A stretch of 45,952 nt of DNA. Source: Welwitschia mirabilis (Eukaryota). Every line of letters begins with the position of its first letter. Position 1 is the stretch's first letter. Both the position numbers and the translations under genes were made by a program. The notes below the pieces were generated by a model. That model searched no databases and was not told where the DNA came from. It was given only the letters and a program-made list of their open reading frames with translations. The DNA is taken from positions 37,768,064-37,814,015 of the forward strand of contig JBOZIK010000001.1 in assembly GCA_051453625.1 (NCBI GenBank). The letters run 5' to 3'. Of this stretch, positions 24,440-38,760 are shown piece by piece.

Positions 24440-25690
24440 CTTATCTATGCATGATGAACTCTGGTTCAGTAACTGGCTCAGGAGCAGGGGAAGAAGAAGG
24501 AGGATGCTCAGGATTTATGAGGAGATAGAAATCAAGAGATGCTACAATAGACCTAACTGTCTCATTACCTTGGATACATACTAACTCTGAAATTTTTATA
24601 GTTATACTCTGCTGAATAGAGACAATGAACTAACGCATATTTACCATCCGATCCTCTGTGTGCCATACTCTCCTCTCAGTTGATGGAATTCATTGCTCAA
24701 CTCTCTTCTCGAAGGTCTAAAACCTATAATCAATAAAACATCTGATGGTTTTGGTAGTCTTATCCAGAAGGGTCTAGATCGGCTCTAATAAAGCTCCAAC
24801 TGCAAGTCTCTGTACCTGAGGTCTCTTTGCCTCTCTTGGTACCTGTATGCCCATATCTTGTAAATAATACACAAAAGTCTGAATATGTGAGATACGTCAC
24901 TTACTTGTAGGCTCTGGTATCCCAAATAGTCAGAAAAAATCTTAGAGGAGGCATGGATATCCTAGTGTCTATAGATGTTACATCTCAATCATAGACCCGA
25001 GTCTCCTCCAGATAAAGGTAAATAAGTCCATCTACACCCCCTAATAGAAAGTTATCAGAATCTATAAATATGTGATCATAGCATGGCTATCATGAAATAA
25101 TGGCTGATGTTATGGATTAACCCTCTATGTATAAGTCTATAAGAAGGGGTCAACCAAGTATGAAGAACGCCTCACTTGTCAGCATCAAATACGCTAGGAT
25201 GTCCAGTACCGCATCATATGTACAACACTCCTCCATACCTCCAGCAAAATAAATGTGTAAACTCCCAATATCACCTAAATATATTACTATTGCAATGTGA
25301 TTTGGGAGTATAGCTATCTCATGGTCCTATATAAAAGCTACGATCATGTCAACAAGGTGACCATGAGAATCTACCCATCGCTTGATGTACATGGTGTCAT
25401 AAAATTCCCTTGTCTTCGATACAAATAGGTATTGGGTGTATCCAGAATCCTTCGTATCTATAAAGATGAGAGCCTTTAATCAACATTTGGCTCTAATATA
25501 CTCATGAAATCTCAAAAATAATGCTCGACATAGATAGTAGTTATTTGAATAGGAAGTGATTGTCTGTGTCAAGGTGGGGGATGCAAAGGCTTCGCATGCT
25601 TAACCTATAATGGTACTAAAGGACCTGCCTCTTGCTCTACAGCTTTGGCCTTATCCTCATCCTGTCTAGTTCTACATGTATGAGGCCTAC
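24440..25690 (-). pseudogene. Athila-type env-like/extra ORF remnant of element C
   Basis: rc translation PIFVSKTREFYDTM...IVAFI*DHEIAILPNHIA resembles the REFYAN motif of gypsy extra ORFs; C-terminal PPSSSPAPEPVTEPEF. Confidence 0.55.
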
Positions 25691-26989
25691 TCAGTAAAAA
25701 ATACACAAAAATATTATGCGAGATCAAACAGATAAGCTAAATACGTTGATGGATGCTCAATAATGACCTCAAAAATCAATAAAAAAATGTAAAGAATGAT
25801 AATAATACATCCTTTTCCCCTAAAGATGTTAATACATCTTGTATTGCCTAGTCAAGAGAAGAAAATTATAAAATGCGCAAAAAATGAAAAAACAGTTTTT
25901 TAAGTGGGTGCCACATAAGGTGAAAACTTGAACTACTTAAATGGAAATTTTAATCTAGCAAAATCATAGAATAAATCAAACTAATTAATTTATCATAAAG
26001 AACCACTATATTTNNNNNNNNNNNNNNNNNNNNNNNNNNNNNNNNNNNNNNNNNNNNNNNNNNNNNNNNNNNNNNNNNNNNNNNNNNNNNNNNNNNNNNN
26101 NNNNNNNNNNNNNAAAAAAAGAAAGAAAGAAAAAAAGAAAGAAAAAAGAGAAAAAATTGTTTTATGCTATTATATCAATGAATGATAGATGTTTTGTTAG
26201 ATATATTTAGTGGAAAAAATTTAACTTATAATTAGAATTTTCAAAATTCTTAGAAACATGTATGATTTCTTGAATAGATGCTAGAGATGAATCTACAAAT
26301 ATAATTTAAATGTCACATGAACTCTTCAATTAAGAAAATAAAATATTATACCTAGGAAATGATATTAACAAAATAATGATCAATCTAGCTCTGAGTAGCT
26401 GGTTATAGTATTAACATAGAATACCTAATGTTCTTTATCTTTTCCAAATTTGTTGGCCTTTGTTTCCTCTATGATCTTCTATAATTTCCCTTTTTACTTT
26501 ACAGATAATGACATGTCATAGTAATGACATGGGATGTGGGTCCTAAGCTTTATAACATACTAGGTGAGGGTTATATCTATAACTAGGATGGAGATGACAA
26601 CCATAAAAATGAAGGATATTAGGAAGTTAAAAGGTTTTTAAGAAAAGAGAAATGGATGGAAGGAGAAATGGGAACAAATAATATGGGAATATAGTTAACT
26701 CAAAAGTAAAACATGATGTACATAGATTATAATAAGAGTAAAGTAGTTTGAGGCATGTAAGAAAATGAAAAATATTTTATGATAAATGTGGAATAGGGAA
26801 GGGATAATAATAAGATGGAAAATAATGATGATAAACTTTTGGAATGACATATCCTTTAAAAAAGAAATATGATAAGAGTTTAGTGCTAGATTATAATGCA
26901 AGATGAAATAAAAAGTTTTAGAGATGATAAGGAATTAATCATTACTACAATTATCATCAAGCTTTATCCTCTTTTGTGATGGAACATAA

Positions 26990-29400
26990 ACATAATTAAT
27001 GAAATCAAAAACCTTAAAGTAAGTTGCCTTGGGCTTCGATCCATACCAAGCTTCAAAATGTATTTGATAATATAATGTAGATGTGAGGTTTAATTGGAAA
27101 TATAAGTAGTTGTATGGATTTCTTTAATCCAAAAACATTTCAAAAGATCTTTAGCTTTAAGCATGTTTTTAACAACCCTATTTTGTTAACGATGTCGCTA
27201 GTCATTAATTGTTTTTGAATGTTAAATTCTTAACAAAAACTATTGAATACATCTGAAATAGATTCACCTTCATAATATATTTATAATATCTTTATAAAGT
27301 GGTTACTTTAATTTTTAATAAAAACCTTTAATTCTTAAAAAATGGAACTGCATCTAATTTTACTTTAGCAAAGTAATTCTAAGTTATTCTAATATAATAA
27401 TTAAAAAAGATAATAACATACCTACTATTATTGAGTAGAGGGTTTGTTTTGGCTCATAAATATCTATGTGTATTAACTATGTAGGTCTTATAGTTCTCCT
27501 TATGTTATCCTTTGTAAAAGCCTCCTAGTGTTGCTTCCCAACTACACAACTTTTACAAACATCATGTACAAATTTAATTAAAGATAAATCATGCATCAAA
27601 TTATTTTTAGAGAAAAATCCTAGCCTTCTAAAATTTCAAATTACCATATCTATGATGTTGCAATCAATTTCTAGCAAGAAAAGAAACTTTCAATTCTTAA
27701 TTATCACCACAATCAAGATGAAATTAAAGAGTTTATTTTTGATCATTAGTATCATAATTAAAAGGTTCTTCTTTGACTTGTCTTCAAACATGTAACAAGT
27801 TAAATTTTTAAAAACTAATGAGTAGCCTTTTAATAAAAATATCATCACACTCAAAAAAATTGCACACAAATCAAGAACATATAAAACATTTTCTATGTAG
27901 CTCATTCCAAAAGAATTTAGCTTAATACTACCTTTTCCTTAGGTATTTTAAATGGTTTCATCATTCATTATCATAGGGTCTCCTATGAATCCATCTAAAT
28001 TAATAAAGAAATCCAAGTCTCCTATCATATGATTACTTCACCCACTATCTCATTATCACACATCTGAAGGACATTATTCAGTAAAAGTAACATGCAAGTA
28101 ATAACTTTTAGTTTCGTATTTAAATTAATTTGTTTTTCATATTTCTCCTTTTTCAGGTAAAATTAACTTGTTTTTAATATTTTCACTTTTATCATTATAC
28201 TTATGATGCTGGTTATTACTACCAAAGTACTCATCACTTCCACATCTGCCTCCTATTCCTTTGTAAAAAGAATTTGCTCCACATCCTTTGCTGAAGCCAC
28301 CTTTATAGCTTGATTTACTCATTCATTTTCTACCTTTATCCTGATGTAAGTATGACTTGATCTAAAAGGCATTCTTAATAGAACTACTATTACATCTTCA
28401 CATCCTATCTTCATGAGAATAATGAAAGCCAAACAATGCATCAATAGTTGATACACTTCAATCTCTTGACTCCTTTATCACATCTACTACATGGTTATTC
28501 TTCTTGGATAAACTTTTGAGAATTTTTTGAATCATCTTTTTCTTAGTTAAAAACTTATCATACTTTCATATTTGGATTAATAGGATTAAAAACATTTAAA
28601 AAATAATCATCCAAGGTATCATGATCTTTCATCAACAAAATTTCAAATTTTCTATGAAGGGTCTAGAATTTAACTATTAATACCTTTGTAGTACCTTTAT
28701 ATCCACTTTATAGTGCATCCTAAGCATTCTTGGATTTTTTCCATTATTACAATGCAAGGAAAAAATATCTTATCCATAGCTTGTTAAATGAAAGATAATG
28801 CTTTAACATACTTCTTTTGGACATATCGAAGCACATCAGCTACAATTCTTGCTTTTGTATACCCATTCTTTACTAAATCCTAGAGGTCTTATGGCACAAA
28901 TAGAGTCTTCATTTTAGTACTCCACATTGAATATGAACTACTTTTAAATATTAGAATATTTTCTTCAAATAAATTCCCAATAATATTATTATTTACCATT
29001 AGACAAGCTTCAAGAGTAATATAATCTGATGCCATATATTATCATCTTATTATTGTAATGTGATTACACTCTTACTCTTATTGATACAATAGAACATAAG
29101 AATCTTTTTATAATTACAAATTAAAATTTATTAAAAAAAAGAATAAAATAGAACTAGAGGAAGACACTTAAAAGGGAATAGAGAACAGGAAAAGTTATAA
29201 AAAAATGCAAAATAGAGTATACCTTATTTAACTAGAAATAAGTTCTTAAACATAACAAAAAGCATAAAAAATCTTCCAAATAAGGATATTTAGTAGCACT
29301 AAACAAAAATCATCTACCATGATCTTTAAAAACCTGAAAATAAGCTAATAAACTAATTAAGAAATGCCTAAATATATAAAAATAGATAATAATCTTTGAC
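26990..29400 (-). mobile_element. Degenerate Ty1/copia element D: probable 5' LTR, PBS, gag, PR, INT; no RT seen
   Basis: rc TGGCATCAGA PBS (29025-29034); gag from 28999 MVNNNIIGNLFEENILIFKSSSYSMWSTKMKTLF..DL*DLVKNG; DSG*SNHMIG (~28020-28055); CESCVVGKQH (~27530-27560); FEAWYGSKP (~27030-27056). LTR end is uncertain. Confidence 0.85.
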
Positions 29401-32339
29401 ATAGTTAACAACAATAACTACATGGATAAATAGAATAAAATAGAATTCATATTAATTACTATATTCATATTTAATAAAGAGATAAATACTATATGATGCT
29501 ACTTCCTCTTGAAAGGACTAATAAAATCTCTTATATTATTAGACATTACTTCCTTGCTTATTACAAATTTAGAGGAGTTATAGTTACTTGGCTTTCATTC
29601 CCTACTTGTGGAGTTTTAGCCTTATCTATAGTTTTAATTTTCATTTCATTAATGGTTTTAACACATTTTTGAAAAATTTCATATTAGTAGTGATGTATTT
29701 TATCTTGTGCTTTTGGCCTCTTCTATGCACATTTAGTTTTGGATGTATTATTTTTTTATTTATGATTTTGAGTTTTTGTGTCCTTTTTAATCTCTTATAA
29801 GCCAAATATTTTTCACCATTAAATCAAGTTGAGATGTAAATCAAGATTCACTTAACTTGATTTTTTGGTTTTTATCATATAGATCTTTTTCAATTATAAT
29901 TTGAATAAATCAAGTTAATTTTTGAATGTTGAATAATATCTACTTAAGTTGACTGTATTAAAACCAAATTCATTATTTTGTCTTAATTTTTTTCCTTTGG
30001 ATTTATGCTTAACATTACTAGATATTTTTATTTTTATGTCAAGTTATAAATTAAAAATTATTAACTCCTTAGACACATGAGGTTTTTACTAGTAATAATT
30101 CTTGACTAGTAACAGGCATAGAGAGTCTTATATATTCATTAAAATTGAAGTAGATCCTATTACTATGCTTTTAATATTCATCCAATACACCCTTAATTAC
30201 CAAGGTAATATAAAGATGTAAATGTAATAATCTAAAATTTACTAAGTCATATGTATAATTAGCTCACTGACATTATATATATCATACTCTTTCTTAGTGA
30301 GGGTATTTCATCAAAGTAACTAAAATTAGCTAATTTCTTCGATTCCTCACCAAATTTATTCATATATTATACTTTTACACTTTTTACAAACAAGGATCAT
30401 AATCTTGAAAGAGATGTAATCACTTCTTAGATCAAAGAAAAAACCTAAAATTATTAGATCATTTCACTTAATCATCTAATAATTTAGGCCCTTTACATTA
30501 AACTTTAGTGCACTAATACAATGGTTTTAATTAAAATTACCTTTTTACACATGCAATCATAGTTTGATCTTATTGTGGAATTCACTTTATCAATTTATCA
30601 TACTATTGTGTATTAAATATATCATTTGAATTATGAATGTAAGTAACATTTCTTTGAAATAGATTATAAATATTTATTGTGACTTTCTCTCTTTTTTAAC
30701 ATCTTTCTGCATTATTGTGATTTGGATAGATCATCTTACTTGTGAATGTGGGTAAGATTTTTTTTCAAATTAACTATACCATTTTGGTTTTTTTCCCTCT
30801 TTTTTATTTTCTTATCTCAATTTGATAAGATTTTTCTATTGAAGGGATAGATCCATTATGTAGTTATGAATGTGATTAAGAACCATCTAAAATTGACTAT
30901 ATCTCAAAACTTATTAGATCTCCTACTATTGTATTAGATATGGTAATCCCATAAGGTAATTTTTAAATCTTATTAAACTTTTTCATATTAGTAGTAACAA
31001 TTATAACTTTGACCAACTTATAGGTCATTCTTTAGGATGATTAAAGTTGGGAAGATTGGCATAAAGATCTCATAGCCATCATATGCATATATGGTTTTGA
31101 AAATAATTTATTTTACAAAGTGCATATTCCAATTTAAGCTCTATAGAAATAAAATTCTTAAAAGTCTATCAATAGTAAGTTAATAAAAATCATGAAAAAC
31201 ATTATGACTTTGTAGCCTATGTTTTTGATCATGCACATTAAGACTGTTCACATCAACTTCATCACATTATAAGATACATTATACTTAAGGAATGATTTTG
31301 GGATTATCATAATAAGGAAAAATAAATTACATTATAAAGTTAGAAAGATGTGATGAATAATTGCATAAATGATTGATATTAAGAAAAACATTACTAGAAT
31401 TGATCCTTAGAACCAAGTTTGTATGTATTATGTTAACTTGCTAAGATGTGGTTTGGAGAGTCCATCTTTACATAGCTACATTATGTTACTACATGATAGT
31501 AGATAATTGTTACAAATGATATTTATTATACTCAATAAGAATATTATTATCACTTATTAATGATTTAACATTACTAGAACCTTATTTCCTAAAGCTACGC
31601 TTAAAGTGTCATGTCCTCATAGTGACTCATGTTCAAATATGTCTTGTTAAGGAAATGCCCTCCTAATGTCAAACATCATAACAAGGCTAAAGCTTCATAG
31701 AAATAATAATTAACTTAACAAAAAATCACATGATAATAAAGGTACTCCAAAACAAAGACTACATATCAATGGTCATGTTATGGAAGATAAGGTCATACCA
31801 TTAATTATAATTCAATCCCTTGAGATAAAATTAAAGATTATTTTAAGATGAATGTGCTTATTTATTACTATAGTTCTCTAGATAACGATGAATACTATGA
31901 AGTTAATGAAATGTTTTAAAGTTATGATTTTTCATGTATGAGGGAAAACATAGCACTTAAATTCTAGATACTATAGAAACTAGACATATGACATATAGAC
32001 ATGATTATTTTTATGATTTCATAGCATAAGTTAGTTAAGTTTATGTAATAGATAAAATCTTAATTCGTATATAAGGTTATGATTCATTTATATTTTAATT
32101 ACATTTTGTCTCATAATAAATGCTATCTCATGTTCTATATGTTCCCTCTTGAAGTTACATATTCTCTTCATTTCCACATTTGTTATAAAAAATCCTTCAA
32201 TTTTCATGAAAAAGGATTCTATCAATATTTTAATGCTTCTTACAACATTTTCATTAAAGGCTACATAGATAGGAAATTAATTCATCTTCAAGGATGTATA
32301 GATATGCATGAAATTTCTTGTCATATCTTAAGATGAAAT

Positions 32340-33140
32340 TTTCCCATTGCCACTTTGGCATGCTAACCTGGATCATCCTAGTCTTCATTATCTAACTATA
32401 ATATGTAAGAATGAACATTAGCTTATACCCTTCATTTCACAATATTTTTTTCAATATAGAGCATATATAATTGATAAAGTAACATGAAAACACTTTTCTA
32501 CCAATAAGTAGCATGCTAATCAAACAATTCTACTTATTTACAGTGATCTATATGGTTCTAGGCTAGTCTTTCATTGTAAAGATAATAGTATTTTATGGAA
32601 TTAAAATTTATTTCTTTGAAAATTTTTCATATTTTTAAAGAAAAAGTGAAAATAAAAATCAATAATAAGATTACGAATTTTCATCTTGATAATGGTGGTA
32701 AATAAACATCAGTAGATTCTAAGAAGTTTTTTATTTTAAAAGGCATTCATCATCTGAAAATATGCTAAGATGCATCTTAATAGAATGAAATCATGAAATG
32801 GTTCAATGAAATCATAATGCATATCACACATTTAATGATGTACTTAAATGGTTGTAAACCAATTTGTGGGGTGGAGATATTAGTATTATGATGTATTTCA
32901 ACAATCGTATAGGTCATGCTTCTAAAAAGAGTGTATTCCCTATTGAAAATGAAATGAATATAAGCCTAATATAACCCGTTTTCATGTATCTTTCTATCAA
33001 ACATAATTAAAAGCTTAATACATATATTTTTGTTAGTATACTTGTGGGATATTCAACCAGCTAAAAAGTATATTATGTATACATTTATGAGCATTATAAT
33101 ATTGTCATCTCTTATGATGTCATATTTTTTAAAACTTCAT
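32340..33140 (+). pseudogene. pol: Highly degenerate copia GAG-pre-integrase/integrase relic (element E)
   Basis: LWHANLDHPS (32352), LIYSDLYG (~32530), FHLDNGGK (~32680), LVGYSTS*KVY..IVISYDVIF (~33040-33130). Confidence 0.75.
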
Positions 33141-35760
33141 AGAGTGATTCTTATCTTAATTTTTCTAAGCCACAAACTTCCTCTTATCTTGTGTAAAAAT
33201 TAAATGTTTAATATCCTATAGTTGAGGGGGTAGATGTATTTATTAATCTTGATTTATCTATTCCTTCTAGTCAAGATGGTTTATCCACTATACAACCTAA
33301 AGAAATTGAAAATTTTCATGTGTCTTGCACATATGGTTCTAGCACCAACTCATTTTATTTTCCCAACAATAATGTTGATAACTTTCAAAGATAAAGATGA
33401 TGTACTTGATTAGATTTTATTCTATAAGATGTTCATGATGATGAAAAAGGAAGAAACTAGAAGTAAGAAGAGCTTTCATGCATCTCTTAATGGTGATAAT
33501 GATTTAATATTTAATATGGACTAATATCTTTCAAAATGCTATTGTATATGATTACCGGATTTAAACCATGAAAAATAACATATGATCATGTATATTAGTG
33601 ATTTGGATTTAAACTAACTAAAACACATAGTGTCATTCTTCCTTAGGGATATATATAATAAATTAATTAAGAGATACAAGATTATTATAAGTTGCAATGA
33701 AAAAATTAATAAAAGAAAATCTGAAGTTGAGAAGTAAGAAGTAATTCTTGATCAGAATCTTAAAGTTCATCCAACTATCCTACTTCTCTATAATAATTCC
33801 TATATTCTAAAATACACTTATAATCATTAATTCATTAAGGCTTTTAGCATAGAGGCATAACCTCATCCACCACATAAGTGTTGGTAAGTTATCCAGTCCT
33901 CCTAATGCTTTCTAGGTATTTATAAGTATGAAAGTATGAACTTAAGTGCATACAATCTATTAAACAATAAGAACTACAAATNNNNNNNNNNNNNNNNNNN
34001 NNNNNNNNNNNNNNNNNNNNNNNNNNNNNNNNNNNNNNNNNNNNNNNNNNNNNNNNNNNNNNNNNNNNNNNNNNNNNNNNNTACAATCTATTAAACAATA
34101 AGAACTACAAATCACAAAATTAACCTTAAATAAATCACATGGTTTGAAAGAACTTGATACTTAAGTATGCTTCATCTAAAAATTGCTAATACCATTTTAC
34201 TATGCATTAACAATGAAAGAATAAAATGTGCTTTAAGAATTCGTTCTACCTGAATAATGCTAATACCAATTAAAATTATGCATTAATAATGAAATGGTTT
34301 AAACTAAATCTTTATTAAAAATAAAATAAATTATAAACTACATCTTATGCCTCCAAGAAAGAGTACTAAAGGAAGCCAATAAAAAGATGTTTACAATGGG
34401 GTAACAAGGTCCTTTTATAGATGAGGAAATAGGGTTGGAGTCTAAGTCATCATTAGGTTATATGGTAGTTACAAAAGGGGCATTACTTAAGGAAAGTTAC
34501 ATAAGTAGAATGTTACAAATACATTTGGCATTTAGCCATAATTACTTTATCTTCAAGTGCAAACATGATGATGATATGTCCTTTAATTACTGATGATGCT
34601 GCCAATGGATGTCATGTCATGTTTTTGTCACATGATCATCCTCGTTATTACCATAATGTTCAACTTCAATAACAAAAACATCTGTCAAACAACAAGCTTC
34701 TTATATTTGAATCACCAAGTCTTTTATTATTTTTAATGATTCCTTAATTGAAGTATTAGGTGTAATAGGCAATGTGCACTCTTAGGCACTTCCTTTTTAA
34801 AATGGCACATGGGTGATGGAAGGCTACTGTCAGTGAAGGATGGTGCCTAAAATCGAGGTGCCCAGAAACCAAAGAACAGGGGCAGTGCATAAGGAATAGC
34901 ACCNNNNNNNNNNGGAGAAGCTAGGTGCAGAAAGCACAGCAGACACCAAAACCATTGCAAACCAAAATAGTATTAACTGCGAACTGGCAATCAGGCCGAA
35001 ATGAGTGACAAAACACTAGCATAAACTAAGTCAACAAATAGAAATGGGAGTAGGGATGTGGCGGTGAAGAGTAAAGGCACATGCATGGATGATAGCAAGA
35101 AACTGCCAAAAAAAAGAGGATGCAATTGTGAGTGTGGAAGCAGCACAAGTGAAGCAAACTACACTAATGAAAAACATGCTGGTAAAGAGCACAAACACAG
35201 TTAAAAACCCTAGAGATGAAGATGCGCGGGGTGGCATAGTTGAAGGGGTTACTGAGATTGAGTGCGAGGAAGGCCGAATAGAGAATAACCTATGCAGCAG
35301 AAAAAGAGGTTTCTTTTTTTAATATATTTTCATTTTTTTCTTTTTTTAAGAAAAAAGAAAGGGACATTTAAACTTTTTTTTTTAAGTTATACATTTGGAT
35401 TTAAAAAAAAAAAACTTAGGAATTTTTTTTATAGATAACAGTTTTCTTTTAAAGACATTAATTAGGATTAGTCTTATGTTTACAAAGAAAAAATTATTTC
35501 TTTTTCTTTTTAATTTTGAAAAAAACCCTTTTTCAAAAATTTTTAAAATCATATTTAAAACTTAGTCTTTTTTTAGTTTAGGCATTAATTTAAATTTCTC
35601 TTAAAAACCAAAAATAAAAATCCCTATATTCTAAAAAAATGTTTTATTAGCTTTTAATTATTTATTAAGTCCTAAACTTTTCTTTTTAGAACTCATTTTT
35701 ATGCATTTAAGTTTTTGCTATAGGTAAAACTTCTTAAGTTTAAAATAAATTACAAGGAAA

Positions 35761-36147
35761 TGTCACAATGCTAGGGCCAAGTTCTCAAACTCTATCAAAA
35801 TGAAATAAGTTAACAACATTAAAACCTAGTTAAACTGTGTTAATCCACTTCTGTCAATAAAATAGTCAAAATTAGTAAAAATTGGGCAAATCCAGTTAAA
35901 TTCAATCAGCTCAGTTACATAGTTAAAATTAGTTAAAATAAATCAAATGACGTCAGTCAAAATGAGTCTAAATTAGTCAACCAGAGTAAAAAAAAGTCAA
36001 AGTTGGTTAACTCTAGTTAAATTAGGTCAAGTCATTAGGTTTAGCATAAACTTGTTTAAATCGGCTTTAAACCACTAAAGTCACCTATCATTACATAATA
36101 TTAGAACTAATCCATCATTTATGGGAACCAAAAAAATCTTGTAAACA
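35761..36147 (+). repeat. 3' portion of the 5' LTR of the Tat/Ogre element (5' boundary uncertain)
   Basis: Ends ...gtaaaCA 3 nt before the PBS; contains degenerate ~11-bp AAATTAGTCAA repeats. Confidence 0.55.
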
Positions 36148-36150
36148 ATT

Positions 36151-36167
36151 TGGCACTAGAAGGAGGG
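36151..36167 (+). promoter_or_regulatory. PBS complementary to plant tRNA-Asn(GUU)
   Basis: TGGCACTAGAAGGAGGG vs the recalled complement of the tRNA-Asn 3' end TGGCGCTAGAAGGAGGG (one CG>CA change). Confidence 0.8.
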
Positions 36168-36248
36168 CCTCTCCAGTGGGTTTTTTAATAATTTGTTAAG
36201 TCTTTCATATTCACTTTTTTTCATCTTCAAAAACTTAGAATAGTCATA

Positions 36249-38760
36249 ATGCTAGTATCAATAAGAGGAAAAAAAGGCCTACATTTTTTAGGAGATGTAC
36301 AAACTCCTCATTCAATAAGACCCTTCCACGCTCACTGCGGATGAGATTCATGCCATCATGAACTACAGAGCATATTGGGATCCATACCTTATCCACCTTA
36401 GTGAATGACTTCATGTTATGGTATCCAAAAGGTTAGGATTAAACAATTAAGAAGGGAGTCAAGATCGTCAGAATGAACTACTTCATGGAAAAAGCAACAA
36501 TGAAGAGTTCATCAACAAATGGGATCACGAAGAAAACCTAGAAATACAACAACAATCACAAGCACAAGGCCCAAAGAAATAGATCTACGATGATGATAGC
36601 CTATTCGAATACTACATACATGGAGAAGAATCACCTAAAAATAGGCAAGATGAAAATAAAACTATCGATCAACCTAATTTAACTACCTTTTGAGAAGCTA
36701 TTAATGACCTAAAATGAGGTCTCCAAAATAAGAAAAACTATTTAGATTCTAACTTAAATGACAATCCAATTCATCCTTTTGTTCCTTGAAAAATTATATC
36801 ACCTAGTGAAATGCCTGACTTTGAGAAATTCATAGGTGTAGAAGACCCCGTCATGCATGTAAGAAAATACAAACATGCATGTCATATGCAAAACATCGAA
36901 TGGAATACAACTTATCACCTGTTTTACCACTCTTTAAAATAACAAGCCCTCAAATGGTACCATAGGATATTGACTCATTTGATCATAAGTCTAAAATAAT
37001 TACTAGAAATGTTTGTTCAACATTAATCCATCAATATCACAAAACAAGTTATGTTAGATTCCTTGACTATAATGAAATAACAATTCAATGAAATGGTACA
37101 AGCTTAGGCATGATGATGGAGGTCATTATCCTACAATTGGAAACCTCCATTATAGACTCTAATATGGCATATCTCTTTGCCAAATCTTGCATTCCATACA
37201 TGTCAGAACATCTCAGAATGTTGTTTAAAACCTTTGAACAAGCTATCATCCTAGAAAAAAGAATTGAAGTTGTAGAAGAAGAGAAGAAAGCCATAAAATA
37301 TGGTAATACCTTCCAAAGAGAACCATCCAAAAAGGACAATAACAACACCAAAAGCAGCATCCCAAAGAATGTTTTTATTGTTAATTAATTAATTTGACCA
37401 GTTTACCCACCCCAACCAATGGGCAACCTAATGATGATGTCAACGGAACCTCAAGCCCCTTTTCCTCCATAAGATTTTGCTTCTCAACTGACTTATCATC
37501 AACCATTTTATCTTCCAACACAACCTCAATACACATCACCATAACCTCAATAATAGACATACATGCCTCAAAATCAATGCCAAAGTAGGCCTTAAAATTA
37601 AACCACAATTTCTCAATCTAAAAGAAGTTTCATGAAATTAAACATTTCAATAAGACAAATCCTCTCAACATTATTAAAAAAAGAAAAATCCAATTTCGTT
37701 CAATTAGGTAAAGGGACCTGAATGCATCTAAACCAAGAGGGTATGATGAGTCAAAATATTGTGAGTAGCATCGAGTTCGAGGACATCATACTAATAATTA
37801 TTTCAATCTAAAACACATTGTTCAATACATCATTAAAAATAAGAAGAACATAAAATTCAACACTATCTTAGCAGCTGCAAATGAACAACTTGATATTTAT
37901 AAGAACCTCTTTCCTGCTCAACCTCCTACATTGCAATCATCATAGAATGTAGCATTTCAAAATGATAATAGTTCCTATGCAATTTTAGTAATCTAAGATC
38001 AACATGAGAAACCATTAGAATAAGTCATTCAAGAGAACAAGGAAAAATTAGAAGCAATGGTTCAAGCAGAATATTCTTGAACTCATCCTATCCCTCAATT
38101 ACATATACCAAGACAGGTACTTCTCTCTACAGTAGAGGAGATGTAGCATTATTTGAACCCACTCATTAAAAACTCTGAGCCCCAGAGACTCGCATTTAAA
38201 AAGATATGTGAGGAACATTTTAGATTGAAAGCATCTTCCAATCACAATTAACCACATAAAGAAAGAACTAACTTAAAGTAGGTACATGCCCAAAAGAGTG
38301 ACGAAAATGAAGAGACAATTCACTTCTCACATTATGATATTTCTATAACCCCTAATAAGATGATCATTACTAAACCACCCTACATATCTATAAACATTAG
38401 GCCTACCACAGTAAGTAGAGATTTTATCGATTATGGAGCCAAACTAAATGTAATAGGTTTGTCATACCTTGAGAAGCTTTAAATGGATCATCTCTTAAAT
38501 GTAAAAAGAGCATGATGATCAAGGGATTTAATGACCATGAGGAAAAATCAAAAGGGATAGTTACTTTACCTATTGAAGTGGCTTAAAAGGTCAATGAAAC
38601 TGAATTCCATGTAATAGATAATGTAGCAACATTTAATTTGTTGTTAGAATGTACTTAGCCAAGGGAAATGGGGACAATCATACTCTACTCCATTAAAAGC
38701 TAAAATTTGTGGGCTTTAAAATTTTAGTGTCATTAGAACAAAATCATACTATGGCAAATG
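36249..38760 (+). pseudogene. gag: Tat/Ogre gag and protease pseudogene
   Basis: MPDFEKFIGVEDPVMHVRKY (36811); YCE*HRVRGHHTNNYFNLK zinc knuckle (~37755-37815); FIDYGAKLNVI protease (~38422); EFHVIDNVATFNLLL (~38600). Confidence 0.85.

Larger units (their letters stand above)
22855..26013 (-). mobile_element. 3' part of a Ty3/gypsy Athila/Tat-like element C (LTR, PPT region, extra ORF)
   Basis: TGTT...AACA-bounded LTR; adjacent rc ttcaaggactgataaagctaagtgaaggg resembles the conserved Athila-type pre-LTR segment (gaggactagcaaaagctaagtgtgggg); degenerate ORF upstream. Confidence 0.65.

Noticed and set aside
26470..26960. Purine-rich low-complexity stretch and PPT-like rc aaaaagggaaat as a possible 3' end of element D
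   Set aside because: Sequence beyond it does not match D's putative 5' LTR, so an RT-less complete element cannot be supported.
29588..29800. Hydrophobic 70-aa ORF
   Set aside because: Result of T-rich non-coding sequence; TTG start and no supporting motif.
33951..34112. 31-bp direct repeat (tacaatctattaaacaataagaactacaaat) on both sides of a 100-N gap
   Set aside because: Typical contig-overlap artefact at a default-size gap; too long for an LTR or DNA-transposon TSD.
35031..35322. Overlapping 68-aa and 77-aa ORFs in the GC-richer island
   Set aside because: Short, no recognisable motif, expected by chance at this composition.
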